Source: an uncultured delta proteobacterium (GTDB lineage: Bacteria > Myxococcota_A > Polyangia > Fen-1088). Taken from it: 64,000 nt of DNA. Positions within the stretch are counted from its first letter, which is position 1; each line of letters opens with the position of its first letter. Under the pieces are notes generated by a model, which was given only the letters and a program-made list of their open reading frames with translations, was not told the DNA's origin and made no database searches. Location: contig CAWCMR010000015.1 of assembly GCA_963796685.1 (NCBI GenBank), positions 288,001 to 352,000 on the forward strand, in the 5' to 3' direction. This document shows, in pieces, positions 50,054 to 60,460 of this stretch. The position numbers and the translations under genes are program-made.

Positions 50054-50554
50054 TTAGGCCTGACCCTCGTTGAGGGCGCGTTCGAGATCGGCTTCGACCG
50101 ATTCACGATTCGACGCACGCGCGACGGACAGCTCTTGAATGACCAGACCACGGGCGGTATCGAGCATGCGCCTCTCTCCAAACGAGAGCGATTTGGTCTT
50201 CTTCAGTCGGTGCAGATCTCGGAACACCTCGGCCACTTCGAACAAGGAGCCGGACTTGATCTTGTCCATGAATGCCCGATAGCGGCGGTTCCAAGTGTGG
50301 CGCTCGAACTGCACGACTTTCTCGCGCAGGATTTGCAGAACCTCCTCGGCGTCCGCTTTTCCGGCCACCGGGCGCAGGCCCACTTGTTCGGCCTTGTCGA
50401 TGTGAACGAGAATCTTGAGGTCGCTAGTCGTCAGTCGCAGGACATAGAACTCCTGGACCTTTCCGCCGATTTCCTTCTTCTCGATCTCCACGACCTCGGC
50501 GATGCCGCGTGAAGGGTAGACAGCTTTTTGGCCGATCGTCAGCGTGAGTGCCAA
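50054..50554 (-). CDS. cdnL: CarD/CdnL-family RNAP-binding regulator
   Basis: GQKAVYP, TWNRRYR, AEVFRDL, LSFGERRMLDTAR; TTG start after AAGGAG. Confidence 0.9.
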   Translation of the reverse strand: MALTLTIGQKAVYPSRGIAEVVEIEKKEIGGKVQEFYVLRLTTSDLKILVHIDKAEQVGLRPVAGKADAEEVLQILREKVVQFERHTWNRRYRAFMDKIKSGSLFEVAEVFRDLHRLKKTKSLSFGERRMLDTARGLVIQELSVARASNRESVEADLERALNEGQA

Positions 50555-50839
50555 GAGCAGGCTCCTTGTTGAAGCGGTCGAACGACCGCTCGATGTGAAT
50601 CTTCCAGAGACACTTTAGCGCACTATGTCCCCGCCGATCCAAGGGATTCGACGTAGCGCGAGCCCGATCACACACCCTTGGATGCACATTTTGAATGCGC
50701 GTTGGATGGCGCGAGTCTGCATTTGGGATTAGACCAGTGCGTCTAGATTGCATCTTCCATGGCACGCGTGGGCCCGCCCCTCGGCGGCGATCTGCATGGA
50801 TTCGCCGGGTCACCGAGCCTACAATCGGAGGAGTGGACC

Positions 50840-51448
50840 ATGATTAGACGTGCGAACAGGACAAGCGGGTTCTCTCTGGTGGAGCTGATGGTCGTCGTCG
50901 TGATCATCGGAATTCTGGCTGCGATCTCGGCGATCGGATACCGGAAATACATAGCGCGTGCGCGCCTTTCCGAGGCCACCGCGATGCTGGCCGAGCTCGC
51001 TGCCAAGGAACAACTCTACTTTCTCGACAACGGGCAGTACATGGAAGCCCACAACGACAGCGTGGCGGCCTCCTACCCGAGCGCGAGCGAAGCAGCGGCC
51101 GAATTCTGGCCGCAAAATCCCAGCCTGCAATTCGACTCGGCTCGGACGCCCACCGCGGTCGCACCTTTGCCCACATCTTGGCGCGCTCTTGGCATACGCC
51201 CTCGCTGGCAACAGCTCTTTTGCACGTACATGGTCAATGCCGGCGCACCCGGCAGCAGCCTTCCCACCGGAAATGTCGCGGCGAGCATTTGGGCAGCTTC
51301 GCCCAATGTCCCTTGGTTTTACGCCATGGCCGTCTGCAACCTCGGGGGCGTGGCTGGCTGGCCCAACACCGATTCCACGAGATTCGTAACGGTTCTCGTG
51401 TTGACCCAGGACTCCCCGGCCATCCAGACGACCGACGAGAACCAGTAG
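50840..51448 (+). CDS. Type IV pilin-like protein
   Basis: GGAGG RBS; G/FSLVELMVVVVIIGILAAI prepilin motif. Confidence 0.92.
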   Translation: MIRRANRTSGFSLVELMVVVVIIGILAAISAIGYRKYIARARLSEATAMLAELAAKEQLYFLDNGQYMEAHNDSVAASYPSASEAAAEFWPQNPSLQFDSARTPTAVAPLPTSWRALGIRPRWQQLFCTYMVNAGAPGSSLPTGNVAASIWAASPNVPWFYAMAVCNLGGVAGWPNTDSTRFVTVLVLTQDSPAIQTTDENQ

Positions 51449-51752
51449 GGCGGTCGAGATCAGGGTGGGCTGTGCCAATTTAGGTCACATCCTAGGGTGA
51501 GCCTTCCCGACATTGTCACCAAGCTCTGGATTCCGACCACCACGTATTGTGTAAAATCGTAATAGTTACGATGTTTTACGCGCGTTGTCTCGGTTGTGTT
51601 CAAAACATCGATTCCAACCGAACGATGGTCCTGACAACGTGGCGCTCTCGCCCTATTTGACCTGGAGGCGATTCCAGCATCGAGGGCCGGCCAATGTTTG
51701 TCACTCCACCCCACGAGGACAGGGTCCTCGCCGTTCCAGTTTTTGCTATTTA

Positions 51753-51809
51753 TATCAAATGGTTACGTCGCATTATCTGCCCTGTCCAGAAGATGGCACG
51801 GTGGCTGCA
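51753..51809 (+). promoter_or_regulatory. IHF site plus sigma54 promoter of the pilin gene
   Basis: TATCAAATGGTTA (WATCAA-N4-TTR) at 51753-51765; TGGCAC-GGTGG-CTGCA at 51794-51809. Confidence 0.75.
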
Positions 51810-51834
51810 GTGAACGCGGCCAGGAGGCAACCCA

Positions 51835-52383
51835 ATGATTAGAGCACGCAAGAAGAGCGGAGGTTTCACCCTGGTCGAGTTGATGATCGTCGTGGCGATC
51901 ATCGGAATTTTGGCCGCAGTGGCCATCCCGGCGTTCACCAGGTACGTCAAGAAGTCGCGTACCGCCGAGGCCGTCGGCCACCTCAACAAGGAGTGGGCAG
52001 GATCGTTGACCTATTACGAAACCGACCACGTCAAGGCAGGCGGAACCATGCTCCCGAAGGCGTTCCCAGGTGTTAGCGCGGCCTGGGCCAATGGCGGCAA
52101 GGATTGTGGGTGTTCGACGGGCGCTCGTTGCGCCGGCAACGACCAGGTTTGGGGAAGCGATCCCGTTTGGCAGGCTCTCAACTTCGCGTTGCCCGATCCG
52201 CACAATTATTTGCCCGGCTACAGCGGAAGCGGTACGGGACCTTTGGCGCAATTCACCGCCTATGCCAGGGGCGACTTGAACTGCAACCAAACATTTTCTG
52301 AGTTCAGCCGCCAGGGCGCCATCAACAGCAACGGCGACGTGACCGGCAGCTACCAGCCGCTCATCGTGAACGAGCTCGAATAG
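51835..52383 (+). CDS. pilA: Type IV major pilin candidate
   Basis: [23 protein letters not shown]; AGGAGG RBS; own sigma54 promoter and terminator. Confidence 0.85.
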   Translation: MIRARKKSGGFTLVELMIVVAIIGILAAVAIPAFTRYVKKSRTAEAVGHLNKEWAGSLTYYETDHVKAGGTMLPKAFPGVSAAWANGGKDCGCSTGARCAGNDQVWGSDPVWQALNFALPDPHNYLPGYSGSGTGPLAQFTAYARGDLNCNQTFSEFSRQGAINSNGDVTGSYQPLIVNELE

Positions 52384-52401
52384 CGATCGTACCTGCTGAC
52401 G

Positions 52402-52436
52402 AAGAGCCCCGGTGGACATTCCCCCGGGGCTTTTCT
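52402..52436 (+). terminator. Rho-independent terminator after the pilin gene
   Basis: AGCCCCGG...CCGGGGCT stem followed by TTTTCT. Confidence 0.8.
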
Positions 52437-52448
52437 CTATGCCTAGAC

Positions 52449-54035
52449 CTAGACCGCCGGGCCGTCGCCGCGGGACAGGACCGTGTCCTTGGCCAGGCGC
52501 TGGTCGTGTTCGGGATGGTCAAGATTGAAGTGCAGGCCGCGGCTTTCGCGTCGGCGACGCGCGCTCTCGATGATCAGCTCGGCGACCAGGGCGATGTTGC
52601 GCAGCTCGAGCAGATCGCCACTGACCTGGAAATTCCAATAGTACTCGCGGATCTCTTCGCGAATCATCTGCATGCGCCGGGCTGCGCGCTCGAGCCGCTT
52701 GTCCGAGCGTACGATGCCCACGTAGTTCCACATCAGGCGGCGGATCTCATCCCAGGTGTGGCTGACCACGACTGCCTCGTCCGTCACCGTGGCGTCCCCG
52801 GCATACCAGGGTGCGACTTGCATGGGGCGATTGACGGAAATGCCGCGCACGTCCTCAGCCGCCCGAGCCGCATACACGAGGGCCTCCAGCAGCGAATTGG
52901 AGGCTAACCTGCAGGCGCCGTGCAGGCCGGTCATGGAGGCTTCACCGATGGCGTACAGATTGCGCACGTTGGTGCGACCGTTGCCATCGACCTGAATCCC
53001 GCCGCAGCTATAGTGGGCCGCGGGCACTACCGGGATCGGGGTCGTGCGCATGTCGATGCCAAGCTCCAAGCATCGGCCATGGATGTTGGGGAATCGATCG
53101 AGCAGGAAATCGCCGGGCAGATGGGTCATGTCGAGCACCACGTGATCGTCGCCCGTGCGCTTGAGCTCCGCGTCGATGGCGCGCGCGACCACGTCGCGCG
53201 AGGCCAGATCCTTCATCTCATGGTAGCGCCCCATGAAGGCCGAGCCGTCGCGCAAGCGCAAGATGCCGCCCTCGCCGCGCAAGGCCTCGCTGATGAGGAA
53301 CGACTTCGCTGCCGGGTGATACAGGACCGTGGGGTGGAACTGGAAGAACTCCATGTTGGCGACGCGTGCGCCCACCCGGTAGGCCATGGCGACGCCGTCT
53401 CCTGTGGCCACGTCCGGGTTCGAGGTGTAGAGGTAGACCTTGCCGGCACCACCGGTCGCGATGATCACCGCCCGAGCCGTGATGGTCGTGACCTCGCCGG
53501 TATGCTGGTCGTAGACGTAGGCGCCGAAGACCGCGTTGGGACCGCCGTATTTGGCGGTGGTCAAGAGATCCACGGCCATGTGGTTCGGTAGCAGGGTGAT
53601 GCTGTCGCTATACCCACGTACGGTTTCGAGGAGCGCGTTGTGGATGGCGGCGCCGGTCATGTCACGCACGTGGGCGACGCGTCGGGTGCTATGGCCGCCC
53701 TCGCGGCCGAGGCTGAAGTCGCCGTTCTTGTCGCGGTCGAAGGCCACCCCGATCTGATTCGCCAGATAGAGGATGTGCTCCGGCCCTTGGCGCACGCAGG
53801 TCTCGACCGCCTCGCGCGTGCACAGGCCGTCCCCCACGCGCAGCGTGTCCTCGATGTGCTGTTCCGCGCTGTCGTTGGCCCCCAGGACACCCGCCACGCC
53901 GCCTTGGGCGTGCTGGGTGTTGCTGTCCGTCAATTCGCGCTTCGAGACCAAGACCACGCGTCCATGCGGGCAAGCCCGCAGGGCGAAATACAGACCAGCA
54001 AGCCCTGAGCCAAGAACCAAATAGTCGGCTTCCAA
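52449..54035 (-). CDS. nadB: L-aspartate oxidase
   Basis: GSGLAG, AQGGVA, REGGHS, FFQFHPT, HYSCGG, RLASNSLLE; start uncertain. Confidence 0.93.
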   Translation of the reverse strand: MEADYLVLGSGLAGLYFALRACPHGRVVLVSKRELTDSNTQHAQGGVAGVLGANDSAEQHIEDTLRVGDGLCTREAVETCVRQGPEHILYLANQIGVAFDRDKNGDFSLGREGGHSTRRVAHVRDMTGAAIHNALLETVRGYSDSITLLPNHMAVDLLTTAKYGGPNAVFGAYVYDQHTGEVTTITARAVIIATGGAGKVYLYTSNPDVATGDGVAMAYRVGARVANMEFFQFHPTVLYHPAAKSFLISEALRGEGGILRLRDGSAFMGRYHEMKDLASRDVVARAIDAELKRTGDDHVVLDMTHLPGDFLLDRFPNIHGRCLELGIDMRTTPIPVVPAAHYSCGGIQVDGNGRTNVRNLYAIGEASMTGLHGACRLASNSLLEALVYAARAAEDVRGISVNRPMQVAPWYAGDATVTDEAVVVSHTWDEIRRLMWNYVGIVRSDKRLERAARRMQMIREEIREYYWNFQVSGDLLELRNIALVAELIIESARRRRESRGLHFNLDHPEHDQRLAKDTVLSRGDGPAV

Positions 54036-54150
54036 GATGATGGGAATGTAGCACCTCCCGGGTGGATTCTCCCGTCGTCGAATGAAGTTTTGGGAAGGCC
54101 CGGCCAGCTTGCTGGGGATCGCGCCATGGGCTGTGTTACGATCCAGACGA

Positions 54151-55026
54151 ATGACTTCGCGTTTCCTGCTGACAACGCTGGCCATGGCCCTGCTGACCTC
54201 CGCGGCTTACGCAAAGGTCTGGAAGCACACGCGCGCCGATGGAACCGTGGAGTTCGCCAGCACGCCTCGCGGCGGCAAGGGCTGGGACGCGGTCTCCAAG
54301 TTCGACCGCGCTCGGGCGGCCGATTCCGCGCGAGAGGTGATTTCCCTGCCGCACAGGCACGAAACCAACGTGGTGTGGACACGTGAGCGCGACGACGGGA
54401 CGGTTGAATTCACGAACCTGCAACCCGTGGGCAGGCGATGGAAGGTGCTGTTTCGCCTCGGCCCTGGAAAGGCTTCGGCCGTGCGCGGCTCGTCCGATCT
54501 TGTTCCCGCGCGTGACACTTCGATCGCGCGCTACACACGCTACGACGATCATATTCGCGACCAGCAGGCCTGCTTTGGCATCCCACAGGCGCTGGTTCGC
54601 GCGGTCATCCGCACGGAATCGGATTTCGATCCGAACGTCGTTTCCAGCGCCGGCGCGCAGGGGCTGATGCAATTGATGCCTGCCACCGCGCGCGCCATGG
54701 GGGTGACCAACGTTTGGGATCCACGGCAGAACATCATGGGCGGTTCGCGCTATCTGCAACTTCTCGCGAAGCGCTATTGCCGCACTCCGGCGGTGGGCGG
54801 CTCGGAAGGTCGAAGCGCAAGCTTCGTCTGTTCGTTCGAGGAAGAGATCAAGGTGCTGGCAGGCTATCATGCCGGGCCGGGCGCAGTGGACAAGTATGCC
54901 GGCATGCCGCCTTACGAAACTACACGGTCGTACGTGACCGCTGTACTCCAACGGTTCGAAGAGTATAGAAGGCGAGAAGCGGCGCTCTCGGAGTGGTCCG
55001 GGCCCGTGTCGCTCAAAGCACGGTAA
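54151..55026 (+). CDS. Lytic transglycosylase (SLT) with two DUF4124-like N-terminal motifs
   Basis: Signal peptide; two DGTVEF repeats; TESDFDP, GAQGLMQLMP, PPYETT. Confidence 0.9.
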   Translation: MTSRFLLTTLAMALLTSAAYAKVWKHTRADGTVEFASTPRGGKGWDAVSKFDRARAADSAREVISLPHRHETNVVWTRERDDGTVEFTNLQPVGRRWKVLFRLGPGKASAVRGSSDLVPARDTSIARYTRYDDHIRDQQACFGIPQALVRAVIRTESDFDPNVVSSAGAQGLMQLMPATARAMGVTNVWDPRQNIMGGSRYLQLLAKRYCRTPAVGGSEGRSASFVCSFEEEIKVLAGYHAGPGAVDKYAGMPPYETTRSYVTAVLQRFEEYRRREAALSEWSGPVSLKAR

Positions 55027-55032
55027 ACTGAC

Positions 55033-56378
55033 GTGGCCGAATCGGATAGCACGGACTCCCCATCTCTCGGTCTCGCGGCGAGCGGAAATGCCGCGCTTGC
55101 CGAGCCTTCGCCGGAGGAGCAAGCCCTGGTGGCGAGGCTTCGTCGTACCAGCGAGCTCGTCACGGAACAGCGGTTGCCGGAAGCCGAGGACGAGCTGCTC
55201 GTCGCGCAGGGCCTGTCGCCGCGCGACTTGCGCGTGCTCAAGCTGCTGGCCCTGGTTCGTTTCAAACTAGGACGGCTGGCGGAATCGCGCCAAGTCTACC
55301 GCGAGGCTTCCGAGATCGCCCCGGACGATCCCACGGTTCGCCTCAACCTCGGGCTGATCGCGCTCAAGCTGGATTCCTTTGCCGAGGCCGCGCTCGACCT
55401 GGAAGCCGCGGTTCGCCTGCAGCCCGACGATCGCCGGGCGTGGAGCTACCTCGGCTATGCCTACGCCCGAAATGCCTCGCCGACCCAGGCCGCCACCGCG
55501 TTCAGGCGCGCTGGCCAGCACGAGTTGGCGGCCGAGATGGAGCGTGCCGCGACGCCGCCCTCGCACGCGCCGCCCGACAGCGCGGTCGTAGAAGGATTGC
55601 CGCTGGCGTCCTCAGCGGAGCGCGCGCGCCCGCTTTCATCGGCCATGGCGACGCCGCGACCGGCGCGGCGTCTCGAAGCCACACCCATGCCGTTGCCTCA
55701 ATCGGATTCGGGCGGCACGAGCTCCGCGGAAATGGTCACACTCGGCACCTTCACCACGGCGCGTTTGCTGACCCTGTCGCCGCCATCCCAGGCGCTCGAG
55801 CTGCTGGGGAACGGTGTGTTGCGCTTCGCAGCCGGTGCGGAAACGCATGTGCGGCAGTCCGCTCTTCTGGTCGCACTCGGTGGGCAGGGTCTGGCGCTCG
55901 CGCACCGCCGAACCCGCGGCCATCTCACTGGTGACACGCTGGCCAGCGACTCTGATCGATTCCTTCGCGTCGAAGGTGGGGGGATCTGCTGCTTTCATCG
56001 ACCGATCCCGAACGCGGGCTGGTGGCCTTGGCCTTGGACCGCGATGTCTTCTACATCGAGGAGAGCCGAGTCGTCGCGTGGGGTGACGAGGTCGTCTGGG
56101 AATCGGGCTCCGTGCCGGGAGACGGGAAGGCGCTGCTGCAGTTCCGTGGCACGGGACGCATCGTGCTGCTGGTCGGCGAAAACGAGCTGGTCGCCGTGCG
56201 CATTGCCGAGGGCGACCGCATGGCCGTGCCCATCGCACGTCTGGTGGGATGGATCGGGCGCGTGGTCGTGCAAGGCCGGCCGACCCGAGATGGGGAAGCC
56301 GCCGTGCCCGGGCTTCACCATGTCACCTGCGAGGGCGAAGGGGTGCTATTGCTGGCGAGACATGGGGAACATCGGTAG
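55033..56378 (+). CDS. TPR + AIM24-like protein, interrupted by a frameshift at the G6 run 55978-55983
   Basis: TPR N-terminus; one extra G restores RVEGGGDLLLSS...DVFYIEESRVVAW...CEGEGVLLL. Confidence 0.75.
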
Positions 56379-56967
56379 CCAAATCACCAACCTCCCGAAC
56401 CTCGTAACCATGGGGCGGGTGCTCTTCGTGCCGGGCGTTCTGTACTTCATGGACAACTACAGCCCGGTGCGTAGCTTGGTCGCGGCCATCCTGTACCTCA
56501 TCGCATCGCTGGGCGATGGTATCGACGGTTACCTGGCGCGCAGCCGGGGCCAGGTCAGCGTGCTCGGGAAGTTTCTCGATCCCGTGGCGGACAAGCTGAT
56601 GGTCACCGCGGTCATGGTGTTCATGGTGGCGCTTGGACGCGTACCAGCCTGGCTGGTCGTCGTCCTGATTGCTCGCGATCTGGCCATCACGGGCCTGCGC
56701 AGCATCGCCTCCAGCGAAGGCATCATCATCGCTGCGAGCCGGGGAGGGAAGATCAAGACTGCCCTTCAACTGGTGGGGCTGACCCTGCTGCTCGTCCACT
56801 TTCGCTATCCCTTGCTCGGCCTGGATATGAGCATCGACTACAACACCGCCGGGCTGGTCGTCCTCTATCTCTCCCTCGGCGCTTCGTTGATCTCCGGGGT
56901 GGACTACGTGGTGGGCTTCTTTCGCTCGATCGGCGAGTCCAAGCACGAGGCGCCGCCACCCGCGTGA
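56362..56967 (+). CDS. pgsA: CDP-diacylglycerol--glycerol-3-phosphate 3-phosphatidyltransferase
   Basis: NLPNLVT, DGIDGYLAR, GKFLDPVADK, GKIKTALQ. Confidence 0.93.
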   Translation: MGNIGSQITNLPNLVTMGRVLFVPGVLYFMDNYSPVRSLVAAILYLIASLGDGIDGYLARSRGQVSVLGKFLDPVADKLMVTAVMVFMVALGRVPAWLVVVLIARDLAITGLRSIASSEGIIIAASRGGKIKTALQLVGLTLLLVHFRYPLLGLDMSIDYNTAGLVVLYLSLGASLISGVDYVVGFFRSIGESKHEAPPPA

Positions 56968-58286
56968 TCGTACGCACGATCGAGGGCCTGAGAGAGGTGG
57001 CGGGGTTGGCGAGGACCATGTCCCGGCGCCGACTCCCTTGCGCGCTCAAGCTTGGCGAGCCTGGTCAAGATGGTTGCACGATCTTCGCGGCGGATCCCGT
57101 GCGCGTGGTGCGCGGCTCCGACATCGAGGAGCTGGAGGGCGCATGGACCGAAGAGCGGGCGTTGTGGCAGGCCGCGGAAAGGCCCGCCCTTCCCGTAGGC
57201 ATTGGCTGGCTCAGCTACGATTTGGGCCGTCGGCTCGCGAGGATTCGTGGCCTCGCGCGCCCGGACTCGCCGTGGCCGGACATCGAGTTCCGTTTCTACG
57301 ATGCACTGGTTGCCTGCGACGTGTCTTCCGGGCGCGGACACGCCGAAATCTGGGCTCGCGACGAACGGGCGGCGGCGCGGGCCGCCGAGAAGATCCCGGG
57401 ACCAGCGCCGGACTCGAGAGAGGAACCGGAGTCGGCAACCGGCGCGCCTCTGGCGGAGCTGGAGGAGCCGGAACGACATCTGGCGGCGATCGGTCGAGCG
57501 CTCGACTACATCGTGGCGGGCGACATCTATCAAGTGAACCTGGCGCGCAGGTTGGGGTGCGCGCACACGGTACGACTTGGCGAAGCGCCCGGCGTGTCGC
57601 TGTATTTTGCGCTGCAAAGTACGGCACCCGCGCCCTTCGCCATCTGGTTGGCCGACGGCGAAAACGGGACGGCGCTGGTGGGCAACTCCCCTGAGCGCTT
57701 CTTGCGCCGGACCCTTGCGGGTCAGGTCGAGACCTGGCCCATCAAGGGTACGCGGCCTCGGGATCCTTCGGATCCCTCCCATCGCAATGCCGACGAGCTC
57801 TTGGCCAGCGCAAAGGATCGCGCCGAGCACGTGATGATCGTGGATCTGGAACGCAACGACCTCGGCCGGGTCTGCCAAACCGGCAGCGTCCAGGTCGTGG
57901 ATCTCTGTCAGGTGCTCACCTTGCCGACGGTGCACCACTTGGTGACCAAGGTGCGTGGGCAATTGCGGCCCGAGATTGGCTTGGCCGAGCTCCTACGGGC
58001 GACATTCCCCGGTGGCTCGGTGACCGGGGCGCCCAAGCTTCGAGCCATGGAGATCATCGAGGAGCTGGAACCTGCCCCGCGCGGACCCTACACTGGCGCA
58101 ACCGGCTGGTTGGGCGCCGCGGGCGACCTCGATCTCGCCGTCGCCATTCGGACCGCGCTCATTCGCGACCAACGCCTGACCCTGTGGGTGGGCGGTGGCA
58201 TCGTGGCGGATTCGCAGCCGTCCGCCGAGCTGGCCGAGACCTGGGACAAGGCCCAGGCTTTCAGCCGCGCGCTTGCCCGGGGTTGA
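56964..58286 (+). CDS. pabB: Aminodeoxychorismate synthase component I / anthranilate synthase-like
   Basis: GDIYQVNL, SPERFL, PIKGTR, EHVMIVDLERNDL, FPGGSVTGAPK. Confidence 0.8.
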   Translation: MIVRTIEGLREVAGLARTMSRRRLPCALKLGEPGQDGCTIFAADPVRVVRGSDIEELEGAWTEERALWQAAERPALPVGIGWLSYDLGRRLARIRGLARPDSPWPDIEFRFYDALVACDVSSGRGHAEIWARDERAAARAAEKIPGPAPDSREEPESATGAPLAELEEPERHLAAIGRALDYIVAGDIYQVNLARRLGCAHTVRLGEAPGVSLYFALQSTAPAPFAIWLADGENGTALVGNSPERFLRRTLAGQVETWPIKGTRPRDPSDPSHRNADELLASAKDRAEHVMIVDLERNDLGRVCQTGSVQVVDLCQVLTLPTVHHLVTKVRGQLRPEIGLAELLRATFPGGSVTGAPKLRAMEIIEELEPAPRGPYTGATGWLGAAGDLDLAVAIRTALIRDQRLTLWVGGGIVADSQPSAELAETWDKAQAFSRALARG

Positions 58287-59106
58287 TTTCCGCGCGCAGG
58301 TCGGCAATGACCTCCAGTGCCTGGGCGTGAACCAGGCCGTTGGAGGCGACCAGGCCGCGTGGGTTGTGCAAGGACAGGTTGGTGTAGCAAAGGGGATGGC
58401 CGTCGCTGTCGGTGATGGTGCCGCCGGCCGCGGTGAGAATCGCCTCGGGGCCGCAACTATCCCAGATCTTGGTCTGGCTGCCGGGGTAGACGTAGAGATC
58501 GCGGGTGCCTTCCGCTACCAACGCCACCTTGAGCCCAACGCTGCCCAAGGCGATTTCGTCGGTGATGCCGAGGGCTCGGCGAAATCGTTCGTAGTATTCC
58601 GTCCGGTGCGACTTCGACGAAACCAGTCGGATACGCTTCGGCTCCGCAATCTTGGAAACCCGAAGTGCTTCGCGACTTCCATCCGCGCCCAGCTTCCAGG
58701 CGCCCATCCCCGGGGCGCCCATCCAGACCATGCCGGTCACGGGCTGCGCGACCACGCCCACCGCGGGGCGTCCCTCGACGCAAAGGCCGATCATGACGAC
58801 GTAGCCCGGTTCGCCGCGCAGAAAGTCGCGCGTACCGTCGATGGGGTCGACCATCCAGACGCGCGAGCTCTCGAGTCGGGAAGGCTCGTCCGGCACTTCC
58901 TCGGAGAGGATGGCGTCGTCGGGAAAAGCCCCGGCCAGGCGACGGACGATGAGGGCGCTCGACTCGAGATCGGCCAGGGAAACCGGCTCGCCACCGGCCT
59001 TGTGCTCGACACCGAGAGGTCGACCTTTGAAGCTGGCGACGACGGCTGTTGCCTCGAGCGCCACGGTGCGTGCGATGTCTAGCTCTCGTGAAAAGTCCTT
59101 CGCCAT
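58261..59106 (-). CDS. cysQ: 3'(2'),5'-bisphosphate nucleotidase CysQ (IMPase family)
   Basis: LSEE, WMVDPIDGT, SKSH, GSVGLK, WDSCGP. Confidence 0.88.
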   Translation of the reverse strand: MAKDFSRELDIARTVALEATAVVASFKGRPLGVEHKAGGEPVSLADLESSALIVRRLAGAFPDDAILSEEVPDEPSRLESSRVWMVDPIDGTRDFLRGEPGYVVMIGLCVEGRPAVGVVAQPVTGMVWMGAPGMGAWKLGADGSREALRVSKIAEPKRIRLVSSKSHRTEYYERFRRALGITDEIALGSVGLKVALVAEGTRDLYVYPGSQTKIWDSCGPEAILTAAGGTITDSDGHPLCYTNLSLHNPRGLVASNGLVHAQALEVIADLRAEINPGQARG

Positions 59107-59152
59107 TCGCGCCAACCATAGCAGGTGGAATCCGTGATGCGCGGGCTACCCT

Positions 59153-60421
59153 TCATTCTTGTCCCTTGTCCGCTGCAGCGAGATCGCGGACCAGCGCGTG
59201 CCGGCCCACGATCAGAATGATCCCGGACAGACCCACCATGAGCCCGGTCACCAAGACCGGGATGCGCAAGCCGATGGCGTCGGAGGCGGCGCCGATCAGA
59301 AACGGCGAGCTGGCGTCGCCGAATAGGTGGATGGTGGTGGTGTGCAGTCCCACGCCACGCGCTCGTGCGTTGCCGGGGAGAACATTGACCATGGCCGCGT
59401 TGAGCGGGCCGTAGTTGAGAAAGAGGCAGAACAGGGTGGCACCCATGGCGGGCCAGTAGATCGTGGGGTTGGGTGAAAGCACGGCCAAGACCGTGAACGG
59501 GATGGCCGCGAGGAGGGTGATGCCGGAGAAGGTGAAATGGGCGCCGCGGTACCTCTGCGCAAGACGGTCTCCGACAGGGCCGCCGAGCAAGGTCCCGACA
59601 AACCCGGTGCCGAGCAGAAGGGCGCCGAAGATGGTGCTGGCCTGGGCGACGCCGAGATGACGTTCGCGCACGAAGTAGGTCGGCATCCAGACGCCAAGGC
59701 CGCCCATGGTGAAGCTGTAGATGGTTTGCGCCGCGACGTTGAAGAAGTAGCTCGGCCGCCCGCGGAGGATGCGCAGAAACGCGGCCAAGGGGAGTTTCTG
59801 TGCCCGCTCCGAGGCTTTGTCGAAACGTCCGCGAGGCGGATCGCGAAGAAAGAAGAGGGCGAGCGCGCAGAGCAGGCCTGGTCCACCCGCGACGAAGAAG
59901 GCCGGGCGCCAACCATGACGGGCGCCGATCTGTCCACCCAGTAAATAGCCGAGGAAGATTCCAAAGGGCATGGCCGCATAGAAAATCGACAGGGCGCGGC
60001 CCCGTCGCGACGGAGGGTAATGGTCCGACAAAAGGGACGGCGTGACCACCGTGTAGGTGGCTTCTCCGATTCCAACTATGGCGCGGGCCAAGAGCAGCCA
60101 CGCAAACGTGGAGGCGAGCCCCGAGGCGAAGGTGGCGATGCTCCATAGGGCGACGCCCAAAGCCGCGATGCGCAGGCGCGACACGCGGTCGCCCAACCAT
60201 CCGGCCACCGGGCAGACCAGGGCATACACCAGGATAAAGGCCGACTGCAGCGAGCCCGCTTGCCGGTCGCTCAGGGCTAGTCCGACGATGATGAGCGGGA
60301 GCAGGGGTGAAAGGAGAAAGCGGTCGAGGTAGTTGAGGGCGTTGATTCCCGTAAGGACGCTCAGCGTAATCGCCGGCCGCGCGGAACCCGGATCCTTGTG
60401 CAACGAGGACACGTCTGCCAT
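59153..60421 (-). CDS. Spinster-like MFS transporter
   Basis: NYLDR, GWLGDR, VGIGEA, HLFGDASSP. Confidence 0.9.
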   Translation of the reverse strand: MADVSSLHKDPGSARPAITLSVLTGINALNYLDRFLLSPLLPLIIVGLALSDRQAGSLQSAFILVYALVCPVAGWLGDRVSRLRIAALGVALWSIATFASGLASTFAWLLLARAIVGIGEATYTVVTPSLLSDHYPPSRRGRALSIFYAAMPFGIFLGYLLGGQIGARHGWRPAFFVAGGPGLLCALALFFLRDPPRGRFDKASERAQKLPLAAFLRILRGRPSYFFNVAAQTIYSFTMGGLGVWMPTYFVRERHLGVAQASTIFGALLLGTGFVGTLLGGPVGDRLAQRYRGAHFTFSGITLLAAIPFTVLAVLSPNPTIYWPAMGATLFCLFLNYGPLNAAMVNVLPGNARARGVGLHTTTIHLFGDASSPFLIGAASDAIGLRIPVLVTGLMVGLSGIILIVGRHALVRDLAAADKGQE

Positions 60422-60460
60422 GGGTACCACGAAACCCACAGTCGGGGTAAAGTGCGTTCC

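Noticed and set aside
50630-50665. tmRNA or tRNA-like GGATTCGAC motif
   Set aside because: No GGGG 5' acceptor stem, T-arm/CCA end or cloverleaf found
50700-50780. Sigma54 promoter for the first pilin
   Set aside because: TGGCGCG and TGGCACG candidates lack a correctly spaced GC at -12
55033-56967. Genuine 644-aa TPR-PgsA fusion enzyme
   Set aside because: The middle part is an off-frame reading of the AIM24-like domain after the G6 tract
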